Source: Octopus sinensis (lineage: Eukaryota). From it: 64,000 bases of DNA. The position numbers and the translations under genes were made by a program. The DNA is taken from assembly GCF_006345805.1 (NCBI RefSeq), contig NC_042999.1, positions 63,178,001 through 63,242,000 of the forward strand. Direction: 5' to 3'. This document shows positions 25,358 to 35,905 of the stretch, one piece after another; the stretch's first letter is position 1, and every line of letters starts with the position of its first letter. Under the pieces are notes generated by a model. It searched no databases. It had not been told where the DNA came from and saw only the letters and a list, made by a program, of their open reading frames with translations.

Positions 25358-26140
25358 AAAAAAGATTCTTGTTCAGCAGCTGCCCTTTCAATAAAATGTT
25401 GGCGGTTTGTAGCACGCACCACATCTGCGTACCTCCGTTTTGGGGCAGGTGGTGCGTGGTCCATTCCTTTTCCTTTTGGTAGTTGGTTTCTGACCTGTTT
25501 CGTGTTTATGTGGCAGGGTCTTTGATGTGCAAAACGGCAGTCTGCACCTTCCTCTCCATGCCAGCAGACACCTTTCATGTAGAATTTACATATTCGTGTG
25601 CGCTGTCTGTTTCTATCCTTTTTGGTACATGGATAGTCAGGTTTGCTTCTATCCTTGGCTGTTTCATCTTTTGGTTTTGTTTGAGTTTTAGTTTTTCCTT
25701 CTTTGGCTGTTTCATCTTTTGATCTTCTTTTAGTTTTTCCTCCTTTTATTTCTTTTTGGGCTCTTTCATCTCCATGGCTTTTGGTGCTGGTAGGAGCACT
25801 TGCACTTGGGTTTACTTCCCGGGCAGGTTTCTCACTTGAATCTTCTTCCTGGGTGTCTACCAAGTGGGGGTGACATCTTTCATCAGCACCCGCGCCTTCA
25901 TCCTTGCCATCTTTACTTTGTTCGTTGTCAAAGATGGCATCAAGCGTGCCAAATGTGAGATCTTATTAGTGCATAGGAGCGTATAAACTCCTGCCTTTTT
26001 CGCTCTATCTGCGCTATCGTTCTTATATATCCACTGCTCTTCAGCGCAGCTGTAATTATGTTGTTCGGATTATCTCTGTCGGCGCAACACCAGGCTCTCA
26101 GGAACAACGCCAATTCGTTACCTTTCCAGGTTCTGGACAT
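25345..26140 (-). pseudogene. LINE ORF1: Myb/SANT-like trihelix, acidic/basic linker, CCCH zinc finger; one frameshift near 25965
   Basis: ORF 25940-26140 (TWKGNELALFLRAW...LKSSGYIRTIAQIERK...Y) joins the frame FGTLDAIFDNEQSKDGKDEGAGADERCHPHLVDTQEED of ORF 25345-25863, which contains CKFYMKGVCWHGEEGADCRFAH. Confidence 0.8.
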
Positions 26141-26974
26141 TTTTGATATTTTATTTATTTATCAATCTAATTATATTAATTTATATTAATTTAATAGTGT
26201 GATAGAGGGTAGAGAAGAAATAGAGAAAGAAAGTGTCTATGTATTTAAAGAGAGATTGAGAGCTGAGAGAAGATAAGAAGAGAGTAAGAGAAGAAAGTTC
26301 GCGTCTATATATTTAGAAAAATTGAGGAGCTATATATATATATATATAAATTGACCTTCGAAACGTGGAGTTAGATGAAACAAAGGCGACTGAAGAAGGG
26401 GAATTTTCCTTGTTTTGTATGTCCTGTACTCTATTTTTTCGTCGTTTAAGAAAAATGTCCATTTCCTTGGTTTTGTGTTTATGTTTTCGTTTCTCATTGT
26501 GTTCGACGTTTTTTTGGTGTCCTGTACCCATATATGCATGTATATATACATGTAGAGGTAGGTACGTACATATATGTATGTATATATGCATGTGTTTTAT
26601 TTATTTATTAATTTATTATATGACGGTTTAGTTTGAGTACTAAAGGGTTTTAAAAAGGGAACCTTGTAAATGCAGAAAGTACTTACAAGGAAAAATACAG
26701 ATAACTGAACCTGTTGCCCCAACAGAAGTTATACACTAAATTTAATCTACATACTCTACGCTGATCATAGAATCTTGTTTGATGATGGCTGATCTTGAGG
26801 TAAATGATGACACACTGTTTTGTTACTTACTACTGCAAATCAGTGTCTCAGTGAGAAACATTTTTTTTTCATAGTTTATCAACCATCACACACCTATATT
26901 TTTATGTAAGTGGTTTATACAGTACTGAAAGAAATTCATTGAGTCAGTGTAAGTCTTTGTCCTTTCCCAAAAAT

Positions 26975-27445
26975 TTAAGGGTCAAAATCCCTAGTGCGTA
27001 CTATATACGAGGTTAAAAATGAAAATTAATTTCTAAGCAATGTCTGAGTCTCTATTTGCTGTCTGGCTATGTTTATTCAGACGCATTTTGTGATGTTGGG
27101 CGCGAAAATACCTTAAGCTAAGGTTAAAAGCAATGAAGTCATAAAAGAATCATCCATAACTTGCAATAAGCAACTTTTATTAAACGTTATTACTGTTATT
27201 TCTTTATTTTCCGCAAACAAAATACACAAAAAGGCTACACGTTTGCATTATGTTATATATACAATAATAATAAAGGATGTTACCGTATACATTTTTACAA
27301 ACCAAGGACGTTATATAGACCTCCTTGACTCAAGTTAGAGAAGGGGTGCGTATTATACACAAGGTTTAGGTTTTTCAGAGGTACAGACCCCTAAAAATCC
27401 CCTGCGTATTATACTCAAGGGCGGACTATACTCGAGGATTTACGG
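26975..27445. mobile_element. pogo/Tigger-type non-autonomous element, left end eroded
   Basis: Right TIR CCGTAAATCCTCGAGTATAGTCCGC followed by TA; repeated subterminal GCGTA(T/C)TATA motifs. Confidence 0.55.
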
Positions 27446-28493
27446 TATGTCAGTTTGATACTACTGTCAGGGGTTGAACATTAAAATCTTTCTTCTTTTT
27501 TCAGTGTTTGGTTGTTGTCAGATCTGATAAAGCAGAATTCTAATCAAAAGTAAGCGAGCCATCCTTTTGTACATAAAGACCTTCATTGTCTGATGTAGTT
27601 TAGTTGTTGTTACAACAACTCATCATCAAGATAGAAGAAAGATTTGGTTCCTATTTCTAGCAGGTTGAACGACCATGTAGAGACTCCCCTCATTGGATTG
27701 CTTTCAGAGTATTAGTTCCATTATATGAAACGGTATTTGAATGCAATTCTTTCAGTAATGCACTGTCCACAGACCAAGTCTATGCGCATTTAATAGGACA
27801 CAAACAACTGCGCAAAGCAAGTGCTAGCATCTTCTGTCAACTTGCTTAATGTTGATATTGTTTATGCATTTTAAGTAGCAAACTGCTGATAATTGATAAA
27901 TGAATATGGTAGCCTATTTGACCCAGCAGTAGCTGAAATATCTTAGATTACAATGATTTCATTTTATGTAATTACAAGGAAACATTTTTAACCCTTTAAC
28001 TGCAAAGTTGAATTTCATGGTTATTCCAGTAATAATGTTAAATATTTACCAAAAAATAGAATTGGTATTTTCTCAACAAAAAAGTAGCTTCAAATGTGTC
28101 ATTTCTCAACAAAATATCAATTGGGATATAAAACTGCTTTCTGCAGTAAAAAGTAATGAAATTTTGACTGGATACATCTGATTTCAGCAGTAAAAGGATT
28201 AGAAAGAGCAAAGATTAGGTTTTATCTTTAGAGCCAGAAAATATTTCAACTACCAAACAGTTACAAATTCCCAACATAGAGATCCTTCCTAAGTCATGTA
28301 GGTTCAATGGGCTGGTTTCCCGGTTTGTGTGGCGCATATATTTCCTCCTGGACTGGATGCTGGTCTGTTGCAGCATTACTCATTTTTGCCAGCTGAATGG
28401 GCTGGAGCAATGTGAAATGAAGTGTTTTTCTCAAGAACACATTATTACTCTTATATTCAACTTATATTACTCTTATATAAGAGGTATATATAT

Positions 28494-28551
<58 letters not shown>

Positions 28552-29034
28552 AGGTATCTCTTATTATAAAAGGCAGATTTTATCTGCCTCCCTTTGGGAG
28601 TTATACAAATCTACAATATAGGATTTCTTCAATTACAATTTACCTAGCATTTTTGAGAGTACAATGCATCGCGTCATGCCAGGTCCAGTTTTTAAAATTT
28701 AAACTCCAATTAAGCAAAATTTACAGAAAACTCACATTCTGGTGTGTGTGTCAAATGCTTTTCTTAGTCTGGTTTACACCACACGCAAACGCACACACAC
28801 AGTGGGCAACGAATAAAATGAAACTAATTCACTTACTGTAGTGAGTGATTCTTTCACTCTGCCTTCCACACATAGACACGCAAATATATATAAATAAAAT
28901 TGTAAGCTAACGTGCGTGTGTGTCAGTGTGTGTGTGTGTGTGTGAGGGTGCACGCGTGTGTGTGTGTGTGTGTGCGTGTGCATGAGTGTGTGACAGGAAA
29001 GTTTTTTACGACGAATATAACACCTATATCCAAG

Positions 29035-29312
29035 TAGCAGAAAGATAAGACAGTAAGGTGCGATTTGAGGGAGATTTGGCTGCTATTTCTACCATGTCTA
29101 GCTGCCATGTAGGGGTCTCCCTCATAGGCTCATACATACATATATACATAGATAAGACAGTAAGGTGTGATTTGGGGGAAATTTGGCTGCTATTTCTACC
29201 AGGTCTAGCTACCATGTAGAGGTCCCCCTCATTGGCTCATATATATATACATACATAAGACAGTAAAGTGTGATTTGAGGGAGATTTGGCTGCTGTTTCT
29301 ACCAGGTCTGTT
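29035..29312. repeat. Three tandem partial copies of family J (~110-bp period)
   Basis: ATAAGACAGTAAGGTG(C/T)GATTTG(A/G)GGGA(G/A)ATTTGGCTGCT three times. Confidence 0.85.
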
Positions 29313-29384
29313 AGGCCTTCTCATGTAAACTCAAGCTTTCTCATGCCTTGAACATAAGACCTAAGCAGAGAATGTATTCTTTTA

Positions 29385-29620
29385 TTCTTCTGCTTTTTCC
29401 AGCCATTGGTCTGTGGCCATGCTGGGGCAATGCCTTGAAGAATTGTAGTTTAATGAATCAACTCCAGTTTTATTTTTGTAAGCATTGTACTTATTCTATC
29501 TGTTTCCTTTGTCAAACCACTAGGTGACAGGGATGTAAACAAACCAACATTCGTTGTCAAGCAGTGGTGGAGGACAATCACAAGCACAGACACGCACACA
29601 CACATACATGCATACACATA
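29385..29620 (-). mobile_element. SINE family A tail half
   Basis: Tail and body up to the internal microsatellite. Confidence 0.75.
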
Positions 29621-29625
29621 TACAC

Positions 29626-29660
<35 letters not shown>

Positions 29661-29676
29661 TGTGTGTATATATATA

Positions 29677-29995
29677 TTGCAGCGTGGAAGGTGTTTGTAA
29701 GCCATTTAAGAAACACACAAAAACCGTTACATTCACTTCAACATTTAAATTTAATTTGCCAAAATATTTTCGTCGCTTTGAGACCGCGACCTGTTCACTG
29801 ACAAAAATATCGTGCTAACAGGTCGCGGTCTCAAAGCGACGAAAATATTTTGACAAATTAAATTTAAATGTTGAAGTGAATCTAACGGTTTTTGTGTGTT
29901 TCTTAAATGGTTTATAAACACCTTCAACGCTGCAACTGTTTTCGTTCCAGCACACGATCTCAGATCAAGTCACTTGCTATGCAAGTACATCTCTG

Positions 29996-30000
<5 letters not shown>
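29677..30000. mobile_element. Penelope-like remnant: head-to-head inverted terminal repeats (119-bp arms) with a hammerhead fold
   Basis: Arms 29677-29795 / 29817-29935 with 5 mismatches, microsatellite flanks and an internal hammerhead topology. The PLE assignment is inference. Confidence 0.65.
29755..29805 (-). ncRNA. Putative minimal type I hammerhead ribozyme, G3:C8 variant
   Basis: Stem I TTTGTCA/TGGCAAA, core GTGAACA, extra G, stem II GTCGC/GCGAC, GAAA, palindromic stem III AATATT, site UUU. Confidence 0.55.
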
Positions 30001-30038
<38 letters not shown>

Positions 30039-30101
30039 TGGTAAAAACAGTAAGATAACAAAAGAAAGAAAGAGACCTCAATATTATGTAAATAGAGGAA
30101 A

Positions 30102-30496
30102 TCTTTATATATAAAAGTGAGGTTGTGTGTCTGTCTCCTACGATTTAGATTCCTAACTACTCCCACATTTTGCGGTGCAGTTTAACCAAAACCGGGTATC
30201 TTATAGTCGTGATTCATATCGAGACCGTCTGGGTATTAGCGCGCGTCTACGATGAGTCTACGATTTAAAAAAAAATTTACCATCAATTTTTCCCATTTTT
30301 AATCCATTTTTGACATATATAAGGGAAGTAACTCTCTAAAATTTATTATTAAATCTCAGAACGTAAAAAGCTACAGTAACACCCCTCCCCCTTTGTGGTT
30401 AGCCATATTGAGATGGCTATTATACTTTACATCTCTAAAAATGCTTATATAATTATTTCCCTTACAAACCCGAGCAACGCCGGGCGATACTGCTAG
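30102..30496 (+). mobile_element. Complete non-autonomous Helitron
   Basis: 5' TC(TTTATATATAAAAG) after A; 3' hairpin CCCGAGCAACGCCGGG then CTAG before T; no TSD. Confidence 0.88.
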
Positions 30497-30811
30497 TATA
30501 TATATATTTGTATTGTATTGGCATCCTTTCTGTCTCGGGAGACAATGGAGTTGCACATGAAGTATATATAAGAGGTATAGTTCAGGAATCAAAACCACAA
30601 TCTTACTATCATGAGTCCAACACCGTAACCATTAAGCCACATGTCAACACACAAATGTACAACATAGCTACAGATAAACACAAAATGGAATACTGTTCCA
30701 ACATCGAGAACAGCTACTGACACACACAAGAACATACTAGGGCGCATCTAAAAGAAAACCATTTGCTGTTCAGTAAGAACTCACTCAACAATACTCCCTA
30801 TCCTTAACTAT

Positions 30812-31140
30812 CATTTGTTTCAGTCACTGGACTGTGGCCACTATGGGGAACAGCTTAGAAGGGTTTTAGTCAAACAAATCAATCCCAGTACTTACTTTTC
30901 AAGACTGGTTATTATTCTATTGGTCTCTTTTGCTGAACTGTTAAACTATGGGGTTTAAACAAACCAACAAGTTTCCAAGTGGTTCAATCCCACTGTCCAG
31001 GACTTTGGGCAAGTGTCTTTTATTAACAGCCTCAGATTGACCAATGCCTTGTAAGTGAATTTGGTAGGCAGGAACTGTACAAAACCCAACATGTAATATG
31101 TGTGTATGTACATGTATGTATGTATGTGTGTGTGTGTCTG
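30812..31140. mobile_element. Two SINE family A halves in opposite orientation
   Basis: Minus-strand tail (30812-30965) abuts a plus-strand head (30975-31100). Confidence 0.65.
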
Positions 31141-31355
31141 TGTATGTGCCTCTATGAATATTTTAGTGTGCACATGCATGAAAAACAAAGTCACTTAGCG
31201 ACAGTGTCATCTTTTGTCATTTATCGTGTCTTCAAGCCATCTAGTAAGATTTGTACTTTTGAAGATGAGTGGAATGAAAACTCCCTTACTTACAAAACAA
31301 GTAAGAGTTGGTGACAGGAAGGGCATCTGGTTGTAAAAATAATTACCTGAGCTAT

Positions 31356-31892
31356 TTTGACTTGTCTTGAGACAGCATTCACCCGGGGTGGGTTGAGCTG
31401 GCTTCATTCAACCTCAATGCTGCATCTCTCACAAACACCGACCAGACCTGGCGATTTGAGGCTAACGACTGCGTGATCTCCAACCACTCCTTATTCCAGC
31501 GGCAAACACCGTAGATATGGGGGCCTAGGTTGGGTTCCAGATCAGCCTTGACTGTCATCAGCCAGGTTTTTCATTCTCCACCACATCGCTTTCGCCAACC
31601 CTGAAGGGGAGCTGGGAAAATTGCTTCGTAGATGAATTCTCCTGGTTGATGACGGAGGGCATGACTCAGCCAACGCAGACGTCTTGTTAGGATGACTTGT
31701 CGGAGGGAGGTGATTTTGCAATGGTGTCGCACCAAATTGTTGGAGACAAAGTGATGCCATAAAACACGAAGGATGCGGCGTAGACAGAGGTGATCAAAGG
31801 ATTCTAGTAACTTAATATCTTCCACCCTCATTGGCCATGACTCGCTGCCATAAAGGAGAATCATTCGCACTATCCTTCAAATATTCCTCATG
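31356..31892 (-). mobile_element. 5'-truncated RTE-clade LINE 3' end with 12-bp TSD
   Basis: ORF LLYGSESWPMRVEDIKLLESFDHLCLRRILRV...RRLRWLSHALR, a CAAGACAAGTCAA tail, and TSD tacctgagctat at 31344-31355 and 31893-31904. Confidence 0.9.
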
Positions 31893-32249
31893 TACCTGAG
31901 CTATATATACATTTGTCTGAGCTATGCTAGCATAAATTCTCAGATGTAAAATTGAATGAACAAATCTTAAATATTTAGGGAGGTATGGCTGTGTGGTACC
32001 ATTTGAGGTAAGAGGCTTAGTGTCTCATTGTAAGGACCTTGAGCCCAAAAGAAATATTGGTAAGAGGTTTATTGCTGCAAATTGTAAGTTCACAAAAGAA
32101 CAATGTTTTAGAGAAGCAAAGATCGGTGGGCGACTTTTGTTTTCTCTCATTAATATCATCCTGTTCATCATTCATCTCATCTCATTAATGTCTTTGTCCA
32201 GCCCGCAGCTTCTTCATCGGCTTTCATAGCCAATTTAATGAAATAAAGA

Positions 32250-32380
32250 AGTTTGCTCCCCAACCACATGGTTCCAGGTTCAGTCCCACTGCATGGCATT
32301 TTGGGCAAGTGTCTTCTGCTAGAGCCTTGGGCCAACCAAAGCCTTGTGAGTGGATTTAGTAGATGGAAACTGAAAGAAGT

Positions 32381-32422
<42 letters not shown>

Positions 32423-32650
32423 TACATGTATGTGTGTGTCTTTGTGTCTGTCCTCCCCACCACTGCTTGACAACTGGTAGTGGTTTGGTTACGTTCCTGT
32501 TACTTAGTGGTTCAGCAAAAGAGACTGATAGAAAAAGTACTAGGCTTAAAAAAAAAAAAAGTACTGGAGTTGATTCATTTCACTAAAGCTTCTTCAAGGC
32601 AGTGCCCCAGCATGGCCACAGTCTAATAACTGAAAAGGTAAAAGATACAA
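32250..32650 (+). mobile_element. SINE family A
   Basis: Head, microsatellite and tail; CpG-decayed. Confidence 0.85.
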
Positions 32651-33551
32651 CTCCATAAATGTATTTAGAAATGGAAAAAATTTAGTCAAATAAAATTGCA
32701 AACTTCAGCCCCTTCTTTCTCTCTTTCAGTCCCTCATGTACATATGAAATGTCAATTTGTCTCCTGTGGAGCTAATTATCACTCAACATAATGAAATTTA
32801 AGACTTGACAGTGCTGGGTATTGAATCCTTTTAAATGAGAGCGGGAGCAAGCAAACTAGATTCACATTTTGCAGCATTAAATTGTAAATTAGCTGCAGAA
32901 AATCCAAAGCGGATAAGTGGTCATTAAGTAAAAGTAAGAGTTGAGAAACCAGCAAATAATTTAAGGAATTTCTGGCTTGGATGGCTTCGAGTATTTTAAA
33001 TTGTTTCTAATCAGTCTATTTTCAGCTGAAATAACACGATAATGATTATGAAAATAACAACAGCAACAACAAATAACTAAATTGAATGAAGTCAAGTTCA
33101 CTTTCTCTACCAACATACCAGAACTTAAAAAGGTATAAAGGTTATAACCTAAAATGAGCAAGAGGACACATGTTTAACACACTTCCACAATATTCAGATA
33201 GGAAATGTTTCGGGAAATTTTTTTTAGAAAGGATTAAATGGGTGAAAAGGGAAGTAGAGTCTAGGGTGTAAACCATTTCAAGTATCCAGCAACAGGAGCC
33301 ATTTGCCTGAAGAATAGTATTCGGCATCAGTCAAGCGTACAGTCTATAATCAACGTGATTAGAAGGAATTATGGTAAACATTCCAGAAATGGCAAAATAG
33401 TGCAATGTTGTCCAATCAGTCATAGTTAGTACAGAATTAAAAAAAAAAAAAGAAAAATCAAAGCAATGAATAAATAAATGCTGGAAATGAATTGAAGTGG
33501 ATTTGTAGCAAGGTTCAGTTTCTGCCATTTCCTTTTCAATTCTTTTATTAA

Positions 33552-33771
33552 CCCTTTCTTTACCGTATTTATTTTGAGCTGCTCTGTGTTTCTTTCAATT
33601 ACTTTAAATACAACAAAGAATTTACTAAAATATCTTAGTTATCATTCAGCTAGTGTTAGGAACATAAGTTGTGACCAAGGTTTGGTGGAAGATTTTAATT
33701 CAAAACTTATGAAAACAAGACATTTCTACTCAGAACCAGAGCCGGTTTCAGCCGGGTTGGTAACGAAAGGG
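33552..33771. mobile_element. piggyBac-type MITE
   Basis: TTAA TSDs (33548-51, 33772-75) and TIRs CCCTTTC(T/G)TTACC. Confidence 0.85.
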
Positions 33772-33940
33772 TTAATTTCAGCCTCTGGACTGCAAACCAT
33801 ATGAGGGCACTGGATTTAAAGGTTATGGAAACAAGACATTTCTACTCAGAGCCAGAGCCGGTTTCAGCCGGGTTGGTAATGAAAGGGTTAATTTCAGTCT
33901 CTGGACTGCAACCATATGAGGACATTGGATCTAAAGGTTT
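33707..33940. repeat. 116-bp tandem duplication including a piggyBac MITE right end
   Basis: TTATG(A/G)AAACAAGACATTTC at 33707 and 33823. Confidence 0.9.
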
Positions 33941-34004
33941 TGCTAATCCCAATATTTTATCAATCACTATGTGTTGAACCTTTAGGTTTAAGTGACATAA
34001 AAGT

Positions 34005-34612
34005 TCATGGCTGTGTGGTTAAGAAGCTTGCTTTGCAACCATGGCCTTTTGGGTTCAGTCCTCAATGCACAGCACGTTGGGCAAGTATCTTCTATCATAG
34101 CCCAGGGCCAACCAATACCTTGTGAATTTGGTGCATTGGAACTCAGCATAAGCCTGTTGTACGTGTGTGTGTGTTTTCATGTTTATTCCTCCACTACCAC
34201 TGCTTGGCAACCAGTGCTGGTTTGTTTACAACCCTGTAACTTAGCAGTTCAACAAACGAACCACATGGTTCCGGGTTCAGTCCCACTGCGTGGCACCTCA
34301 GGCAGGTGTCTTCTACTATAGCCTCGGGTTGACCAAAGCCTTGCGAGCGGATTTGGTAGACGGAAACTAAAAGAAGCCTGTCATATATATGTATATATAT
34401 AAATGTGTGCATGTGTGTATATGTTTGTTCCCCCAACATCGCTTTAGAACCTATGCTGGTGTGTTTACATCCCCGTAACTTAGCGGTTTGGCAAAAGAGA
34501 CTGATAGAATAAGTACTAGGCTTACAAAGAATAAGTCCTGCGGTCGATTTGCTCGACTAAAGGCAGTGCTCCAGCATGGCCATAGTCAAATGACTGAAAC
34601 AGGTAAAAGAGT
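34005..34612 (+). mobile_element. Two tandem SINE family A copies (old partial + younger full)
   Basis: Heads at ~34005 and ~34257; tail ends GTAAAAGAGT. Confidence 0.85.
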
Positions 34613-35019
34613 ATATCTGATTACACCAGCCATTTCTCTTTATTGGCCGTTTTTATGATGATGCCTTCTTAATGGCATGGCAAGTTATGGACACATTAAC
34701 TCTCATTCTCTCAGCTTGTAAAATCAGTGGGGTTTATCACCTAATAATTAGGGAAGGTCTAGTAATTGACTAATTATTGCACTAGTGATTAGAATAATTA
34801 AATAGTTAGCCTTTTTATTTCCCAAAGGCATCGTTTATTTTGGTGTCATTGAACAATGTCCTATGTTAATCATGAAAAACAAACAAATTCTTAATAATAC
34901 AATAAGTCTGGCCAATAAAGGAGACACTACATGACAGCATGGCATATTAGAAATAGCAACCAAATCCCCCTCAAATTACAGCCCACATGAAGAGAGAAGA
35001 TATACAGGATGATCGATAG

Positions 35020-35145
35020 AACATAAGCAAAAAAATGCTTAGCGGAATTTATTTTAACGTTCTGTGTTCAAATTCCACCATGGTTGACTTTGCCTTTCAT
35101 CCTTTCATCTCAAAATTCCAGGCCTTGTGCCAAAATTTGCAACAA

Positions 35146-35182
<37 letters not shown>

Positions 35183-35905
35183 CATCATTAAGGTGGTGAG
35201 TTGGTAAAATTGTTAGAACGTAAAGCTGTACCAAATACTTTCATCCTTTTGGGGTCAATTAAATAAGTACCAGTGAAACACCAGTATTGATATAAGCAAC
35301 TTACCCTCCCCACAAATTTCAGGCCTTGTACCTATTGTAGAAAGGATTATTATTATTATTATTATTATTACTACTACTACTACTAAGGTGGTGAGCTGGC
35401 AGAATTGTTAGCATGTTGGATGAAATACTTAACAGTTTATTGCCTGTTGTTTCGTTCTGAGTTCAAATTCCACCGAGGTTGACTTTGTTATGAGCGGCAA
35501 GAAGACAAAATCATTAGCAGCATTTCATTCTTCTTTACATTCTGAGCTAAAATTTTGCTGAGGTCAACTTTCCCTTTTATCATTTCAGGGTTGATAAAAG
35601 TACCAGTCATGTATTTAGGTTGATAAAACCGATTAGCCCCTCCTCCAAATTTCAGGCCTTATGCCTATAGTAGAAAGAATTATTATTACTATCTAAGTTG
35701 GCAAGCAGACAAAATTGTTAGTATGTCAGATAAAATGCTTATTGGTATTTCTTCTGCTTTTTATGTTTTGAGTTCAGATTCCGATTTGATGAAAATCATC
35801 CTTTCACGGTTGATAAAATAAGTAACAGTTAAGCTTTGGGGTTGATGTAATTGCTAACATCCCCTTCAAAATTTTAGGCCTCAAGCCTATAGGAGAAAAG
35901 AACTA
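35020..35905 (+). mobile_element. Cluster of 4 or more old family C copies separated by (ATT)n/(ACT)n
   Basis: Repeated TTCTGAGTTCAAATTCC...GTTGACTTTGCCTTTCATCC with CpG decay. Confidence 0.75.

Larger units (their letters stand above)
22195..26310 (-). mobile_element. Near full-length CR1-group non-LTR retrotransposon (5'UTR, ORF1, ORF2 APE-RT, short 3'UTR with stem-loop)
   Basis: APE motifs (LNIRGL, ALTETHL, GDFN, LDL, SDH), RT motifs (YLDFAKAFDKVDH, SGVPQGTVLGPLLF, YADDTK) and a CR1-type C-terminus (LYSLERRRERYAIIYIWK). (TA)n/(TG)n flank both ends; no TSD seen. Confidence 0.95.
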
